A stretch of DNA of 64,000 bases from the NCBI GenBank assembly GCA_918797485.1, contig CAKKNE010000006.1, forward strand, positions 3,038,001-3,102,000, in the 5' to 3' direction. The translations under genes were made by a program, and so were the position numbers. This stretch comes from Pelagomonas calceolata (lineage: Eukaryota). Positions 38,438 to 49,280 of the stretch are shown piece after piece; position 1 is the first letter of the stretch; each line of letters begins with the position of its first letter. The notes beneath the pieces were generated by a model. It was not told where the DNA came from, ran no database searches, and saw only the letters and a list, made by a program, of their open reading frames with translations.

Positions 38438-40174
38438 TTAAACTATCTCGACCTCGTCGTCGTCGTCCGTCCGCTGGCGTTTCTGGGGCTTGCGGAAGAT
38501 GTCGAAGAGGGGCTTGTTCGTATTTCCGGCGGCGGCGTCCTTCGTGAACTTCGCCTTCGGGCGCGGCGCGAGCATGCACTGCCGCGGGTTGTTGAAGGGC
38601 CGGAGGCGCTTCTGCTCGCGTGTTTGCTCGAAGTCGACGATCTTTTCGAGAACCTATGTGGAAATCAACCAGTGAGCCTCGTGAGAGCAGATGCGGTGAC
38701 GGGAATTACGTCGCGTCGATGGCGTAGCGTCGCGTCGATGGCGTAGAACCTCCACGCCATCGAGCAGATGCCGCGATGGAGACACCATCGCGTCGATGGC
38801 GTAGGGCGCCCGAAATTTGATTTCCACACAGATCGTCGCCTCGCCCGGCGCGAAATTATCGGGTAAGGCGGCCTTCGCCGCGGCGCACGCGTCCTTCGCG
38901 TTCTGGATGTCCTCGAGTAGTGCTCTGGCCGATTCATACGCTTGCTGCGCCGCTGCCTTCTCCGCGGCGCGCTGCCGACGGACCTCGTCCTTCCACTCGC
39001 TAAGGGCGCGGTGGAACTTGTTCCTTGCTCTCAACACCTTCAGCCGCGCGCCGACGTCCAACCTTCGTTGGAGGCGCTCGCACGGCGCCACAGTATAAAA
39101 CGTCTGCGGCTGACCTAGAGACTGAAGAGCGATCGCCGCGCAAGGTCCTAGAGTTGGACGAGGGACCCAGAAGTAGCGCGAGGAAGCTTGTAGACAAGCG
39201 AGGGACGCGCCGTCCAAACAGGGCCCAAGATGAGCCAGAAACAGGTCGTCCGGCAGTAGAGGACACGGTCTCTCGGTCGCAGCAAGGCGCCACTTCGCCA
39301 AACAAACGCGGGCCTCGCGCATGGATCTCTCAGGTAAACCCATGGATCCGACTTGTGACGCCTGGGCGGCCTGGGCCCAGGCGTCCTCCGCGTCGTCGTC
39401 CAGAACGTGTCGCCGTCGCGCCTGTTTCCGGCCGTTCCGCGCCGCGATCATACGACGGTCTTCACCGGAGTCGAAGGGGTGGGCACACGGCTGGTTGTCG
39501 CGTTCCCACTCTCGTACCTGATCCTTGGGTCCTGCTAACCGCCACGCCCTTAATTCAAGTGCGCCAGATAAAGCTTGTATGGGCGGCACGTGGCCCTTCC
39601 ACACGTCATCTAAGAGCGCTCTCGTGTAGTCCGCGGCGAGCTCGTCGTTCCAGACGCTCGTCAGGTAGAGGCCGTCGATCAGACCATTCATATTTGATTG
39701 GGCACGCTTCTTCTTCTTCCGCGGCGGCGCGATCTGCGTTGGTCGCGGCGGCCTCGCGGGCGCGAGGCCGAAACCCGCCGTCGCGGCCCGCCTTTGTGCC
39801 GCGCCCGACACGGGCCTTGGCGGCAAAGCATTAGGCGCGCGCGGCGCCGCGAGGCCGAATCCATTGGATGCGGCCCGCCTTTGTGCTGCGCCCGACGCGG
39901 GCCTTGGCGGCGGCGGCGGCGCCCGCGGCCGCGCTTTTGATGGAGGCGGCGCGCCGGGCGACTCGACGCGCGGCGCGGCCGTGGACAGGCGCCGTCTTAA
40001 TGATGCGGCCTCCAGCACCGCGGCGTCTCTAGCACTACTCGTCGCCGCGAGGTCCCTTCTTAGGGTCTCGACGTCGCGGCGCAGGTGGTGCTTGTCACGC
40101 TGCAGCGTCTTGACCTCCGCTAGCAGCGCATCTCGGTGCTGCGTGACGCTTCGCAACTGCTCGGCGGGGTCCAT
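38438..40174 (-). CDS. coiled-coil hypothetical protein with an F-box-like segment, 2 exons (40174-38840, 38653-38438)
   Basis: LLPDDLFLAHLGPCLDGASLACLQASSR; splicing gives APGE|VLEKIVDFEQ...EVEIV*. Confidence 0.65.
38654..38831 (-). mobile_element. introner (intron 38839-38654, GC-AG)
   Basis: TIR ctatgtggaaatcaa/ttgatttccacacag; its last ~45 bp match the 34013 copy. Confidence 0.85.
39761..39911 (-). repeat. intragenic duplication with 87-bp period
   Basis: PRP(A/V)SGAAQRRAA...GFGLA twice. Confidence 0.7.
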
Positions 40175-40326
40175 GAGCGGTTTGGTGGCTCTAGCGCTCC
40201 AATCTGTCCCGCGTTTTCGCGCGGAGCGCTGCGGCGACACCACTGTGCACTAATGCCGTGGACTGTGGCCACCTTTAGGCTTCGAAGGCTGTGAAATCCG
40301 CATACGCGGCTAATTGCGCGCGATTG

Positions 40327-40348
40327 CTAGCGTGCTGTAAGACACTAG
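40327..40348 (+). promoter_or_regulatory. CTAG-bounded intergenic motif copy
   Basis: ctagcgtgctgtaagacactag between divergent genes. Confidence 0.7.
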
Positions 40349-40539
40349 CGAGGCGCTGATTTTTGAGAATTGTGCTGTACAGCGCTGCATACTGCCTAAA
40401 ACAACGCCAGAGATACCTCGCAGAGACCAGTGTTCACCAGTACTGGGCCTCAGCCAAAAGAAACGCACTCATCGGACGATTAGACGACGTTTTTTGCTCC
40501 ACGAGTCAAAAGCCTCAACTTTTTTGAACAGCGCGAGCG

Positions 40540-41691
40540 ATGGAAGCCCGCCTCGCAGCCCTCAACCTCTCACACTATGCTGCAGCGCTACGGGGCCACG
40601 AGATCGACGACGACATCCTAAAACTGATGACCGTCGCGGACCTGCGCGAGGCGGGCCTCGACCCAACTGCAGCGCAGCGCCTGCACGCGGACGTGTCTGG
40701 CGTCGCCGCGCCGCCGGGCCTCGCGCCGCCGCCGGGCTTCAGCGCACCGTCGCCGCGCGCCCTTGCTGCGCTGGGCTTCGACAGTGCCACGTCGCAGAGC
40801 GCGCCTATGCCGCTCGCGGACGCGCCGCCGCCGGGCTTCCAGCAACGCGCGACCGGCGCTACGACGTCTCCGTGGGGCAGCCGGGAGTCGTCGCCGCGCG
40901 CCGCCGCGGAGGAGCCATGGAGCAGCAGACCGCCTGTTCTCACGCACGCGTCGACGACGTCGGTCGCCCACGACGAGGACGACGACGACGACGACGCCTT
41001 CGCGGGTTTCCTGCCGAGCGACCTGCTGGACGACGACGACGACGACGCGGACGCGGCGGTCGTCGCACGGGTCGCGGGCGCCTCCAAGGCCGTGGCGGAC
41101 CTCGACCCGAAGCTGCGCCTCGCCGTGCAGCTCGTCCTCGCGGTGGCCGTCGTCGAAAGCATCCGTCGCTTGGTGGCGATCGCCGGCGAGGCGTTGGTCG
41201 CGCTTGCGCTCGGCGCGGGCTACGTCCTCTACCGCCGGGGCCGGGCGCGGGCCGCGCCGCTGCCGATCGTCTGCGCCGTCCTCGCCGGCAAGGCGCGCTC
41301 TGCGGTCGACGACAGCACATTCCACGCTGTGATAGCCCAACTCCTCGCGCTCCTCTGCGCGGCGGCGTGCTGGTGGCTCGCGACGCGGCCGCGCAAGAAG
41401 CGGCGGCGCCGCCCGCCGGTCATAAAACAGAAGTCCGCCGACGACTGGAACGTGGCGACGGGCGCCGCGTCGAACGCGCCGAAACGAAAGAAGAAGAAGG
41501 GCAAAACACCGCGCGCGAAGACGCCGCGGGCCGTTGCTCCCGCGCCCGAGCCGGCCCCAAAACCGGAGCCGGAGCCCGAGCCCGAGCAACCGGAGCAACC
41601 GGAACCCGAAGCAGCGCCGCGCCGCCGGAACCAGCGCTCGCGGCAGGCGCCGGACCCGCGGCTTGCCGCCGCGTTGTTTGGGGGGCGCTAG
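40540..41691 (+). CDS. SAM (sterile alpha motif) domain membrane protein
   Basis: LNLSHYAAALRGHEIDDDILKLMTVADLREAGL; several TM segments. Confidence 0.7.
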   Translation: MEARLAALNLSHYAAALRGHEIDDDILKLMTVADLREAGLDPTAAQRLHADVSGVAAPPGLAPPPGFSAPSPRALAALGFDSATSQSAPMPLADAPPPGFQQRATGATTSPWGSRESSPRAAAEEPWSSRPPVLTHASTTSVAHDEDDDDDDAFAGFLPSDLLDDDDDDADAAVVARVAGASKAVADLDPKLRLAVQLVLAVAVVESIRRLVAIAGEALVALALGAGYVLYRRGRARAAPLPIVCAVLAGKARSAVDDSTFHAVIAQLLALLCAAACWWLATRPRKKRRRRPPVIKQKSADDWNVATGAASNAPKRKKKKGKTPRAKTPRAVAPAPEPAPKPEPEPEPEQPEQPEPEAAPRRRNQRSRQAPDPRLAAALFGGR

Positions 41692-41725
41692 ACTGTCTAA
41701 TGTGATAAATGTTCGGAAGAATACT

Positions 41726-42592
41726 TTAGACGGGCGGCACCGATGCGGCGAACGGGTCACCGCCCCGGTCGCCCACCGCTGACAAGAGCGCGGATATGCC
41801 GTCGTTCGGCGAGGACGTCTCGGGCGGCGGCGTCGGTACAACAGGCGGCGGCGGCGGCGAAGAGACAGAGCCGTTCTCGGCCCGCGCCGACGGCGCCGGG
41901 TCAATATCCATGGCGACGACGTCGGGCCCCAGCGCTTCTCGCGCTTTCTCGGCGGCCCAGGCCGCGGCGACGACGTCCAAGCGCAGCTCCTTGAAGGCGT
42001 CGCGGCCCGCGCGCGTCGTGGGTCGTTCACCGATATGCGGCCAGTCCGGTGGCGTCTTCCGGGTCAATAAGTGCGCGTAGGAGCCGGGCGTGTGGTGCAC
42101 GCCTAATGTTGGAGGCCCCGCGCTTATCGGCACGGGCGACGCCTCGAAGTCGTCCTCGCGGTACTCATCATCAGAATCGTTCTGGAAGGCAACACATTCT
42201 ACAACGGGCTCGGGCGACGGCGACCGCGGCCGCTTCCGCGGCGGCTCGAGCGCCGCGCGGTCGGCGTCGCGCCGCGCGGCGACGCCCCGACACAGCGCCG
42301 CGAACGTTGGATTTGAGGGCACCTCATCAACAGCTCGGGCCGCATCAGCGACGCACTGCGCAGCCGTGATCGCCGCCCGGTACGCGGCGGGCCGCTCATT
42401 GACAGGCACGCGCCGCATCAATTCAAAGATGCGCCGCGTGACGTGCGTCGTCGGCAGCGGCCCGCGGTCGAGAATCACGACCCGCGCCGGCGGCGCGCGC
42501 GCGGGCCGGCCGCAGCTCTTGCCGTGCTGGATGGCCGCTGGCGGGTGGTCGAAGGTGCGGCCGCAGCCGGCGGGGCAGGGGAAGCGGCCCAT
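41726..42592 (-). CDS. hypothetical protein with an N-terminal C2HC zinc finger
   Basis: MGRFPCPAGCGRTFDHPPAAIQHGKSC. Confidence 0.6.
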   Translation of the reverse strand: MGRFPCPAGCGRTFDHPPAAIQHGKSCGRPARAPPARVVILDRGPLPTTHVTRRIFELMRRVPVNERPAAYRAAITAAQCVADAARAVDEVPSNPTFAALCRGVAARRDADRAALEPPRKRPRSPSPEPVVECVAFQNDSDDEYREDDFEASPVPISAGPPTLGVHHTPGSYAHLLTRKTPPDWPHIGERPTTRAGRDAFKELRLDVVAAAWAAEKAREALGPDVVAMDIDPAPSARAENGSVSSPPPPPVVPTPPPETSSPNDGISALLSAVGDRGGDPFAASVPPV

Positions 42593-43058
42593 TGCGTGCG
42601 CGTGTCGCAGTGGAGGCTCTGGCGGTGCGTCGTCGCCGGTGCGTCGTCGGCGTGCCGACACGGGGCAGCGCTCCGGGCCTGGCCGAAAGGGCGCTGCCGG
42701 GGGCTTTACAGGGGCTGGCGGCGGCGGAAACGCAGCGGAAACGCAGCACCCCGTGGCGGGTGGACCGATGCGGCCTTGAGGGCAGCCCGGCGTCGGCCGG
42801 GGGCGGCGCGCGGCGTAGCGATTTGCGCTGGGCTGGGCTCTCTTGCTTCCAATTCGGGTTCGGGTCTCGCAGGCGAAGTAACGCGACGAGGGCCCTCCCG
42901 ACCGCTCGCGGACCTCTCCGCGGGACCCGCAGTGACAAAGACGCGTCCGCGATGCCACTATGTATCTTTGGGAAGGAATTCCCCAGGCCTGGGCGGTCGC
43001 ACCAAAGGGCTAAACTTGCTGCAAAGGGCTGCCCAGCACCCGCGTTCACCGAAGGACG

Positions 43059-43904
43059 ATGTCGCCCGAGGAACTCGACGACGAGATGGAGGCGCTCCAG
43101 CCGGCGCGCGCGAACCGCGGCCGCGCCGTCGTCGTGGGAGCCGCTTTGCTGTCCTCTGCGCTGTTCGCCGTGAGCGCCAAGCAATCCACACAAACGCGCG
43201 CCCGTATTAATGTGGAGATGGCCCGGAAAGCCGTGCGCGAGCAGCAGGACGTGACCAAGGACCTCTACGTCCCTACAACCGAGGCGGACACGTCCCATTC
43301 GTCGGACCCGCGAGTAGACCCTTGCCTGCCCGATTCGTCGGCGCCCATCACGAAGTTTCCTTCATTGATCCAACTCGCGGCGGGCTACAGCGCGGAGGGC
43401 GTGCCCTACGGCGGCGTGCTCTTTAGCGACCGCGGGCAGTACGCCGAGCTGCACGGCGGTACTGATTATGACCTCCAGGGCATGCGGACGAACGTCATCG
43501 CGAAGTACGACGAGCTCTTGGCCAACTGTCTCACGTCGAAAGGCGCGCGCGCGGCCGACGTCTGCGAGCACGTCTACGACACGCAGTGCGAACTCGACCG
43601 GAGCGACGACGAGAAGAAGGGCCAGGTGTCGTGCGTCGAGGATTGCGTGAATTCGCGGTTCGCGCAGTTCGTCGAGAGCGAGGGCATCGTCGAGGACGCG
43701 TCGACGTGCGCCTACCCCGTGCTCAGCGGGTTCCTGCTGGCGCCGAACGTCATCAAGAGCTGCATCGACCCGGCCTACGACGCGACGGAGGGGGGGAAGC
43801 ACGCGTCGTCCATCGCGGGCTGCTACGACTGCGTGACGACGTGCCTGGCCGGGGACCACTTCTCGTTTATCTGCTCAGCTGAGACTCCTAAATACCTGTA
43901 TTAG
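43059..43904 (+). CDS. Cys-rich type II membrane protein, family A
   Basis: N-terminal TM; GVPYGGVLFSDRGQYAELHG shared with 48411-49280. Confidence 0.75.
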   Translation: MSPEELDDEMEALQPARANRGRAVVVGAALLSSALFAVSAKQSTQTRARINVEMARKAVREQQDVTKDLYVPTTEADTSHSSDPRVDPCLPDSSAPITKFPSLIQLAAGYSAEGVPYGGVLFSDRGQYAELHGGTDYDLQGMRTNVIAKYDELLANCLTSKGARAADVCEHVYDTQCELDRSDDEKKGQVSCVEDCVNSRFAQFVESEGIVEDASTCAYPVLSGFLLAPNVIKSCIDPAYDATEGGKHASSIAGCYDCVTTCLAGDHFSFICSAETPKYLY

Positions 43905-44380
43905 ATTTTTCGTCGACGACGGCGTGCCGGCTCGGAGAGGTACGTCGATTTCTACTATGAAGTGTGTGTGCGTCGCGGCGGGCCGTCGGCGGCGTGCTGG
44001 CTCACATCTAAGAACTGCGACCGGTCTCACACTCACACTTACACCTCCAAACGGGTCTCACACTCACATCTAACACCCTCGCTGCCCCCCTGGCCTGGTT
44101 CGGGTCGCGCGAGTCAAACCGCGGCAGCAGAATTTGTTGTGCGCCTAGGCGCGCGTGGGCCGCTCTGGGCGGAGAGCGCCGTGGCGAGTCGCGATGCCGA
44201 GGGGACGTGTCCGGGCGACCCCACCTCGAGGGAGAGGCGGATGCGGTCGCGCCCCACTGCGGCAGGTTAATGTATGTGTTACACGAGAAAATACGAATCG
44301 AACGACGACCGACCGAGTCGAGAAGAACGAGCGAGTCTTGGCCCGGAGTTCCGCTTCTGAACGACACCGGGTATATCCAA

Positions 44381-45163
44381 TCATCGCGCGTAGGTCCCCG
44401 CCCCCACGAAGGCCACGCCGAGCCCCTCGCAGAGCTCGGGCAGGTCCCGGCCGACAGCAAGTAAGGCAGAAAGAGCCATCGTCTGCGACGACGACGACGC
44501 GAAGACCGCCGCCGAGCCGCCGGAGGGCGAGCCGTACTTCCCGAGGACCGCGCTGCACCGGCCCGGCGACTGCGAGCAGGCCATGCAGAACGCGTGTTCG
44601 TCGCACGACAATAAGTCGGGCTCCGACAGCTTCGGCCGTTTGCTCTTCACGAACGACGCTGCTGGCGGTGCGGCGTCGAAGGTGCCCGCACACACGTCGG
44701 GCAAGCGCGCCACGGCCTCCCAGAGGCAGGGCATGAAGTAGGCTTCATCTGTGTTTTCACAGGCGGCGCCGCAGACCTTGCGAGCATTCGCCAATATAGG
44801 AAACAAGGACGCCTTATCGGTGGAGAGCATGCTCGCGAATAAGTCGGCCGACGCCCCGAGCTCGCCTTCATGTGAACCGCAGAAGATGTCCGAGTCCATG
44901 CTCACGCAGCCGTCCCGCATCGCCGCGTCATCATCAAAATTCGCGCAGTTCGCGAGGTCCAGGGGCACGGGGAGCCGGTTTTCTACGAGGTTTGTTGTGC
45001 GGCTTCGCGTTGCTAAGGCGGCGGCACTTACGACGAGCGCGCCGGCCGCAACAATGTATGGTCGTCGTCGCCGGCGCCGTTGCGGTCGTTCCAGGAGGGG
45101 CTCCTCCTCGTCTATAAATGGATTCGGCGCCTCGTCGCCGTCGGAGGCGTCGTGGTGCTCCAT
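44381..45163 (-). CDS. Cys-rich type II membrane protein, family B
   Basis: DEEEPLL, basic patch, TM; SCDEHAFCMAC. Confidence 0.7.
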   Translation of the reverse strand: MEHHDASDGDEAPNPFIDEEEPLLERPQRRRRRRPYIVAAGALVVSAAALATRSRTTNLVENRLPVPLDLANCANFDDDAAMRDGCVSMDSDIFCGSHEGELGASADLFASMLSTDKASLFPILANARKVCGAACENTDEAYFMPCLWEAVARLPDVCAGTFDAAPPAASFVKSKRPKLSEPDLLSCDEHAFCMACSQSPGRCSAVLGKYGSPSGGSAAVFASSSSQTMALSALLAVGRDLPELCEGLGVAFVGAGTYAR

Positions 45164-45498
45164 GGCTGCCTCTTGCCTTTTTACGACGCTGCGCGACTGC
45201 GAGGGCTGCCCCCGGTCCTTCTGTGGCTGCCCTGTGTTGCCTCGCGCAGCCCGAAGCGGTCTGGGTTGCGAAGAGCGGGATTTACGCGCGTGCGGAGGCC
45301 CTGCTTGGGCACAATGTATCTTGGAATTGCTTAATTCCTCGCCTGCTATTGCCATTTGGCGCCCCGCAATTGCTGCCCGCGGAGTCACCTCGGCTCTCGC
45401 CGGGCCACATCGGACGCACGGAGCCTCCTCCGAGCACTGCGCGCGCAGCAGCCGGTCTCGCGCGCCCGTGGAGTTGCCACAGAGGTAGCACAAGCACG

Positions 45499-46191
45499 AT
45501 GGACGACGACGGCGCGTACACGCCCATCCCCGACGAGGAGGAGCCCCTTCTAGTACCACAAAAGAGGACACGAAGAGTAAGATACGCCGTCGGCGCCGCC
45601 GCTGTGCTCTGTGCGGGCGGCGCCGCCGCGCGCGCCACGACGAGACCGACCGCAGAAAAACTCTTCTCGCTCAGCCAGTGCCCCGCCGCTTTAGCGCAGG
45701 ACATCGACCCCACTGTGTGTGCCGAGGCCGACGCCGAGCAGTGCGCCCACTTGTGTACGGACGGCGGCAACGACTGCCAGACCCTCTGCGCCGACGCCTG
45801 CGACGAGGGCGCGGGCGCCGTCTGCGCGTTGGCGGCCTTTGCTAATCTCGACACGGTCTGCCCTGCTTTAGGATACTGCGCCGGCGAACTTGTAGATGAT
45901 GTGCAGGCGTGGTTCGCGCCGACGTGGAAAGGCTACCTGGAGACAGCTTTGACGATCAAGGCGGACTACGAACCCGGTTGGGCGCTTATCCCGGACTGGG
46001 GGTCGGGCGACGACGACACGGCCATGTCTTGTGACCTGTACGCGTGGTGCACCGTTTGTGCGGGGGCGGACTCGTGCGCGGACGTGGAGACCGTCGCGGC
46101 GACGGCGATGCACGACCTCTACAAGCTCGAAAATAGGTGCAAGTCGAGGGACGCCTGCCTGCCGCCGCACACGCACGGCGCGCGGCGATGA
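45499..46191 (+). CDS. Cys-rich type II membrane protein, family B
   Basis: DEEEPLL, basic patch, TM; SCDLYAWCTVC. Confidence 0.7.
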   Translation: MDDDGAYTPIPDEEEPLLVPQKRTRRVRYAVGAAAVLCAGGAAARATTRPTAEKLFSLSQCPAALAQDIDPTVCAEADAEQCAHLCTDGGNDCQTLCADACDEGAGAVCALAAFANLDTVCPALGYCAGELVDDVQAWFAPTWKGYLETALTIKADYEPGWALIPDWGSGDDDTAMSCDLYAWCTVCAGADSCADVETVAATAMHDLYKLENRCKSRDACLPPHTHGARR

Positions 46192-46363
46192 GGACCGTAG
46201 TAGTTGTACATAACGTAATTCTTCCGCTTGAACTTGTGACCGGGCCCCGTCGCCATCCCTATAGTACGCCGCGGTGACGCACTCGGCCCGGGCTAGCTCA
46301 ATAAGCGAGAGTCTCTCTCCGAGTCTCTGGTGAAAGGAACATAGCATGATACCACTTAGCCTG

Positions 46364-46681
46364 CTAGGGCGGCACGTCCTCGTCCTCGTCGGGCGAGTCC
46401 TCCTCGGCCTCCTTTATGAGTTCCTGCTCGAGCGCCTCGATGTCGACCTTCAGCGCCGCGATGTCACTATCATTAATTTGCGCCGAGACGTCGCCCCGCT
46501 GCCCCTCGAGGTCCTGCAACCTCTGCTTCATCTCCCTTAACATCGTGAAGTTGCGCGTCGGCGGCGTCGCTTTGCTGAGATCTACGGTCCGCTCGAACGG
46601 TCTTATCGCAGTGTCTTTGAGGGGCGACTGCGACCGCCGCCAGGTCTTCATCTCGTGGGGCGTCGCCATGTCGCACGACAT
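46364..46681 (-). CDS. small coiled-coil protein with acidic tail
   Basis: MKQRLQDLEGQRGDV...IEALEQELIKE. Confidence 0.5.
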   Translation of the reverse strand: MSCDMATPHEMKTWRRSQSPLKDTAIRPFERTVDLSKATPPTRNFTMLREMKQRLQDLEGQRGDVSAQINDSDIAALKVDIEALEQELIKEAEEDSPDEDEDVPP

Positions 46682-47042
46682 TTTTTCGTCGTCGCGGTCA
46701 CAGTCGCGGCGACGTCGCGGTAGTCGTGTCGAATGTCGGCAGCGGTCCGCCCTCCGTTGCGTATGTCTCAAGGTGATGTGCTGCCCACTCGGCTTGGAGT
46801 CGTCTAACGCGATCGAGCAGGCGTTCTGGCGGGCTTGCAGAGCGTGGCTTCGACTGCCGAGAGCTTTCGTGTCTCGTGGGCAGCCCTGGTGTCCACAGCA
46901 GGCTGGTATTTGCGCTGCTGCGGGCGGCGCTACGCGGCGCTCTCACAGTGCCGGGTTTGGAGTCGCACCTCCACACCTCGCCGCGAGGGAGGTCTACCTC
47001 TCCCGCCGCTGCGAGGGGTCGTCCGAGCTTTAGGAGGGGTAC

Positions 47043-47555
47043 TTACCCGAACGCCGCGGCCACGTCCTTCCGCAGCTGCGAGACGATCTTCTCCTCGCTC
47101 ATCTGCTTCACGATACCTGCCCCCTCGTAGGCGCAGCGCGCCGCGACGATGGCGCCGCCGTCGGCCGAGACGTCGACCCCGCCGGTGCCGGCCTTCGGCG
47201 GTGCCGGCGCGTCGTCGCCGTCGTCGTTCCATTTGTCGTCCTTCGCCTTGTCTTTGTCGGCGTAGCCAGAGCCCGATGTCGTGAAGAGGAGGCGCGCGCC
47301 ACTCTCTCGTCGCGCCAGCTTCACGGGTGTCGTTAATTTCACGGACGCGCCGCCGGCGCCTTCACCGATGATGGCGCGTCGCGCCCACTTCTCGCACCAC
47401 TCGTCGAGCTCGGCATCCGGGGTGTTTAAGGAGCCAGAGCGCCACAATTCGGCCTCGTAGTCGACCGCTTTGAGTCCTGGGAGGCTGCTAGGCCTGATGC
47501 TCTGCGGGGCAAAGGCAGTGGTGCAGACAAGCAGTGGTGCCAGCGACCTAGGCAT
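47043..47555 (-). CDS. plastid-targeted hypothetical protein
   Basis: MPRSLAPLLVCTTAFAP presequence; GGVDV...IVKQMSEEKIVSQL. Confidence 0.65.
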   Translation of the reverse strand: MPRSLAPLLVCTTAFAPQSIRPSSLPGLKAVDYEAELWRSGSLNTPDAELDEWCEKWARRAIIGEGAGGASVKLTTPVKLARRESGARLLFTTSGSGYADKDKAKDDKWNDDGDDAPAPPKAGTGGVDVSADGGAIVAARCAYEGAGIVKQMSEEKIVSQLRKDVAAAFG

Positions 47556-47627
47556 GGTATGTGGGTGCCAAACGTGTGCGCGCACGGCAGAATAGGCAGC
47601 TGTCGCAGTTGTTTGGCCTCTGTCGAG

Positions 47628-47649
47628 CTAGCGTCCTGTAAGTCTCTAG
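47628..47649 (+). promoter_or_regulatory. CTAG-bounded intergenic motif copy
   Basis: ctagcgtcctgtaagtctctag between divergent genes. Confidence 0.65.
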
Positions 47650-47763
47650 CACACTCTATGAGTAAGACGAGCTGCCGCACGCTTCCTTAAAGATAGCAGG
47701 CTGTGAATAGCTTGTTTGGATAGCTTGGGCCCGAGCCTGACCTGGCAAAGCGACGCAAAAACC

Positions 47764-48396
47764 ATGCCGAGCCCTGGATCTGTCGTGCTCGTCGCCTCTG
47801 CCTTGACGGCGCACAGCTGGCTCGCCCCGGTCGCAAGGCGAGCTGGACCGCTGCGCGCGGAGCCCGTGGTCAGCCCCTTCGAGGCCGGTGAAAACAAGGC
47901 CGACGCGGCGAGCGAGGCCGCCGCGTCCTTGGGCGAGCTCGAGTTCACGCCCGCGTCGGTGGACGAGGTCCTGAATAGGGTGCGGCCCTACTTGGTTGCC
48001 GACGGCGGCGACGTGGCCGTAGTCGAGGTTAAACCAGAAACGAAGGACGTCGTCTTGCGGCTGGAAGGTGCTTGTGGGTCTTGTCCATCCTCAACAACAA
48101 CGATGAAGATGGGCATCGAGCGCGTATTGCGGGAGCGGTGGCCGGACCTCGGCAGCGTTTCCAGGGACACGGACCCCGAGAACCAGAAGTTCGACGTGGA
48201 GACGGTGGAGACCCTGCTGGCGCCGATTTCTGGTGCGGTGACGAAATTGGGTGCTACTTTGACAGTCAAATCGGCTGGTACTGAACCAGGACTGGTGGAG
48301 ATCCTGTACAAGGGGCCCGAGAACGTCAGGTACGGCGTGGAGCTGTCTCTGTTGGATTCGCCTTTGGTCACGGAGGTGCGGTGGCTGAGCGAGTAA
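47764..48396 (+). CDS. NFU: plastid-type NifU/NFU Fe-S carrier
   Basis: VRPYLVADGGDV...LEGACGSCPSSTTTMKMGIER plus a degenerate second NifU domain. Confidence 0.92.
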   Translation: MPSPGSVVLVASALTAHSWLAPVARRAGPLRAEPVVSPFEAGENKADAASEAAASLGELEFTPASVDEVLNRVRPYLVADGGDVAVVEVKPETKDVVLRLEGACGSCPSSTTTMKMGIERVLRERWPDLGSVSRDTDPENQKFDVETVETLLAPISGAVTKLGATLTVKSAGTEPGLVEILYKGPENVRYGVELSLLDSPLVTEVRWLSE

Positions 48397-48410
48397 TAAT
48401 ATGAATAAAG

Positions 48411-49280
48411 TTATAGTACACCAATCAAAATCCCGGCCGCCAGCGCGAACGGCTTCAGCGAAACACCCGCGTCGGGCGGGGCTACGGCCCGCCCGCGGTT
48501 GCCCGACGCGAACGTCTCCTCCCCTGGTCGTAGCGGCTCCCCCTCGACGACGTCGACGTACGCCGCGTCGCAGTCGAGCCGCAGCACGCCCTTTGTTGTA
48601 TCCCCGAGGCAGCCCGAGATGCAGTCGTAGCAGTCGCTCGGCACCGGCGCGTCGTAATCAGGGTCGACGCAGGACTTGACGAGCGACGGCGTCGACGTGA
48701 AGGCCGACAGCACGGGAAAATAACATGAATCGTGCGTCTCCAACGTATCGAGGACGCGCTGCGACGCGCCGTCGACCGCCAGAAAGTCCTTGAACCGCGA
48801 CTCGACGCAGGTCTCCACGCAACTTAATTGAGCGTCGGCCTCGTCCGTCACGACCAATGAACAACTCTTTGTGAGGTCGAGCGGGCCCGCGCAGTCGCCG
48901 CCAGTCATGCATTTATCCAGTAACTCATCATAGCCTTCCGTGATCCTACCAGTAGGTACGTCGTAGGCTTCATCACCGTGGAGCTCGGGGAACTGGCCGC
49001 GGTCCGCCAACAAAATACCGCCGTACGGGAGGCCTAATCTTTGATAGCCGGCCACATTCTGCAGGCCCTCGGGGAAGTCCTCGGTCCCCTCGACGTAGCA
49101 GGGGTCGCCCGTCGGCTGGGCCTCCGTCTCTACCACTAGGTTTGTGCGCGTCGTCCGCGCCTGGAGCATCACCCCGGACGAGAGGAGGGCGGCCCCCGCG
49201 ACGGCGGCGCGGCCGTATCGTGTAGTGCCCCTTGCTACGAGGGGGCGCTGCTCCGTGGGCGTGTCGGCCTCGTCCTCCAT
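48411..49280 (-). CDS. Cys-rich type II membrane protein, family A
   Basis: GLPYGGILLADRGQFPELHG, SCVETCVESRF, KSCVDPDYDA, CYDCISGCLG paralogous to 43059. Confidence 0.75.
   Translation of the reverse strand: MEDEADTPTEQRPLVARGTTRYGRAAVAGAALLSSGVMLQARTTRTNLVVETEAQPTGDPCYVEGTEDFPEGLQNVAGYQRLGLPYGGILLADRGQFPELHGDEAYDVPTGRITEGYDELLDKCMTGGDCAGPLDLTKSCSLVVTDEADAQLSCVETCVESRFKDFLAVDGASQRVLDTLETHDSCYFPVLSAFTSTPSLVKSCVDPDYDAPVPSDCYDCISGCLGDTTKGVLRLDCDAAYVDVVEGEPLRPGEETFASGNRGRAVAPPDAGVSLKPFALAAGILIGVL

Noticed and set aside
40494..43298. long overlapping Arg/Ala/Pro-rich ORFs in alternative frames (also common elsewhere in the window)
   Set aside because: Expected shadow ORFs in high-GC DNA; a better frame explains each region
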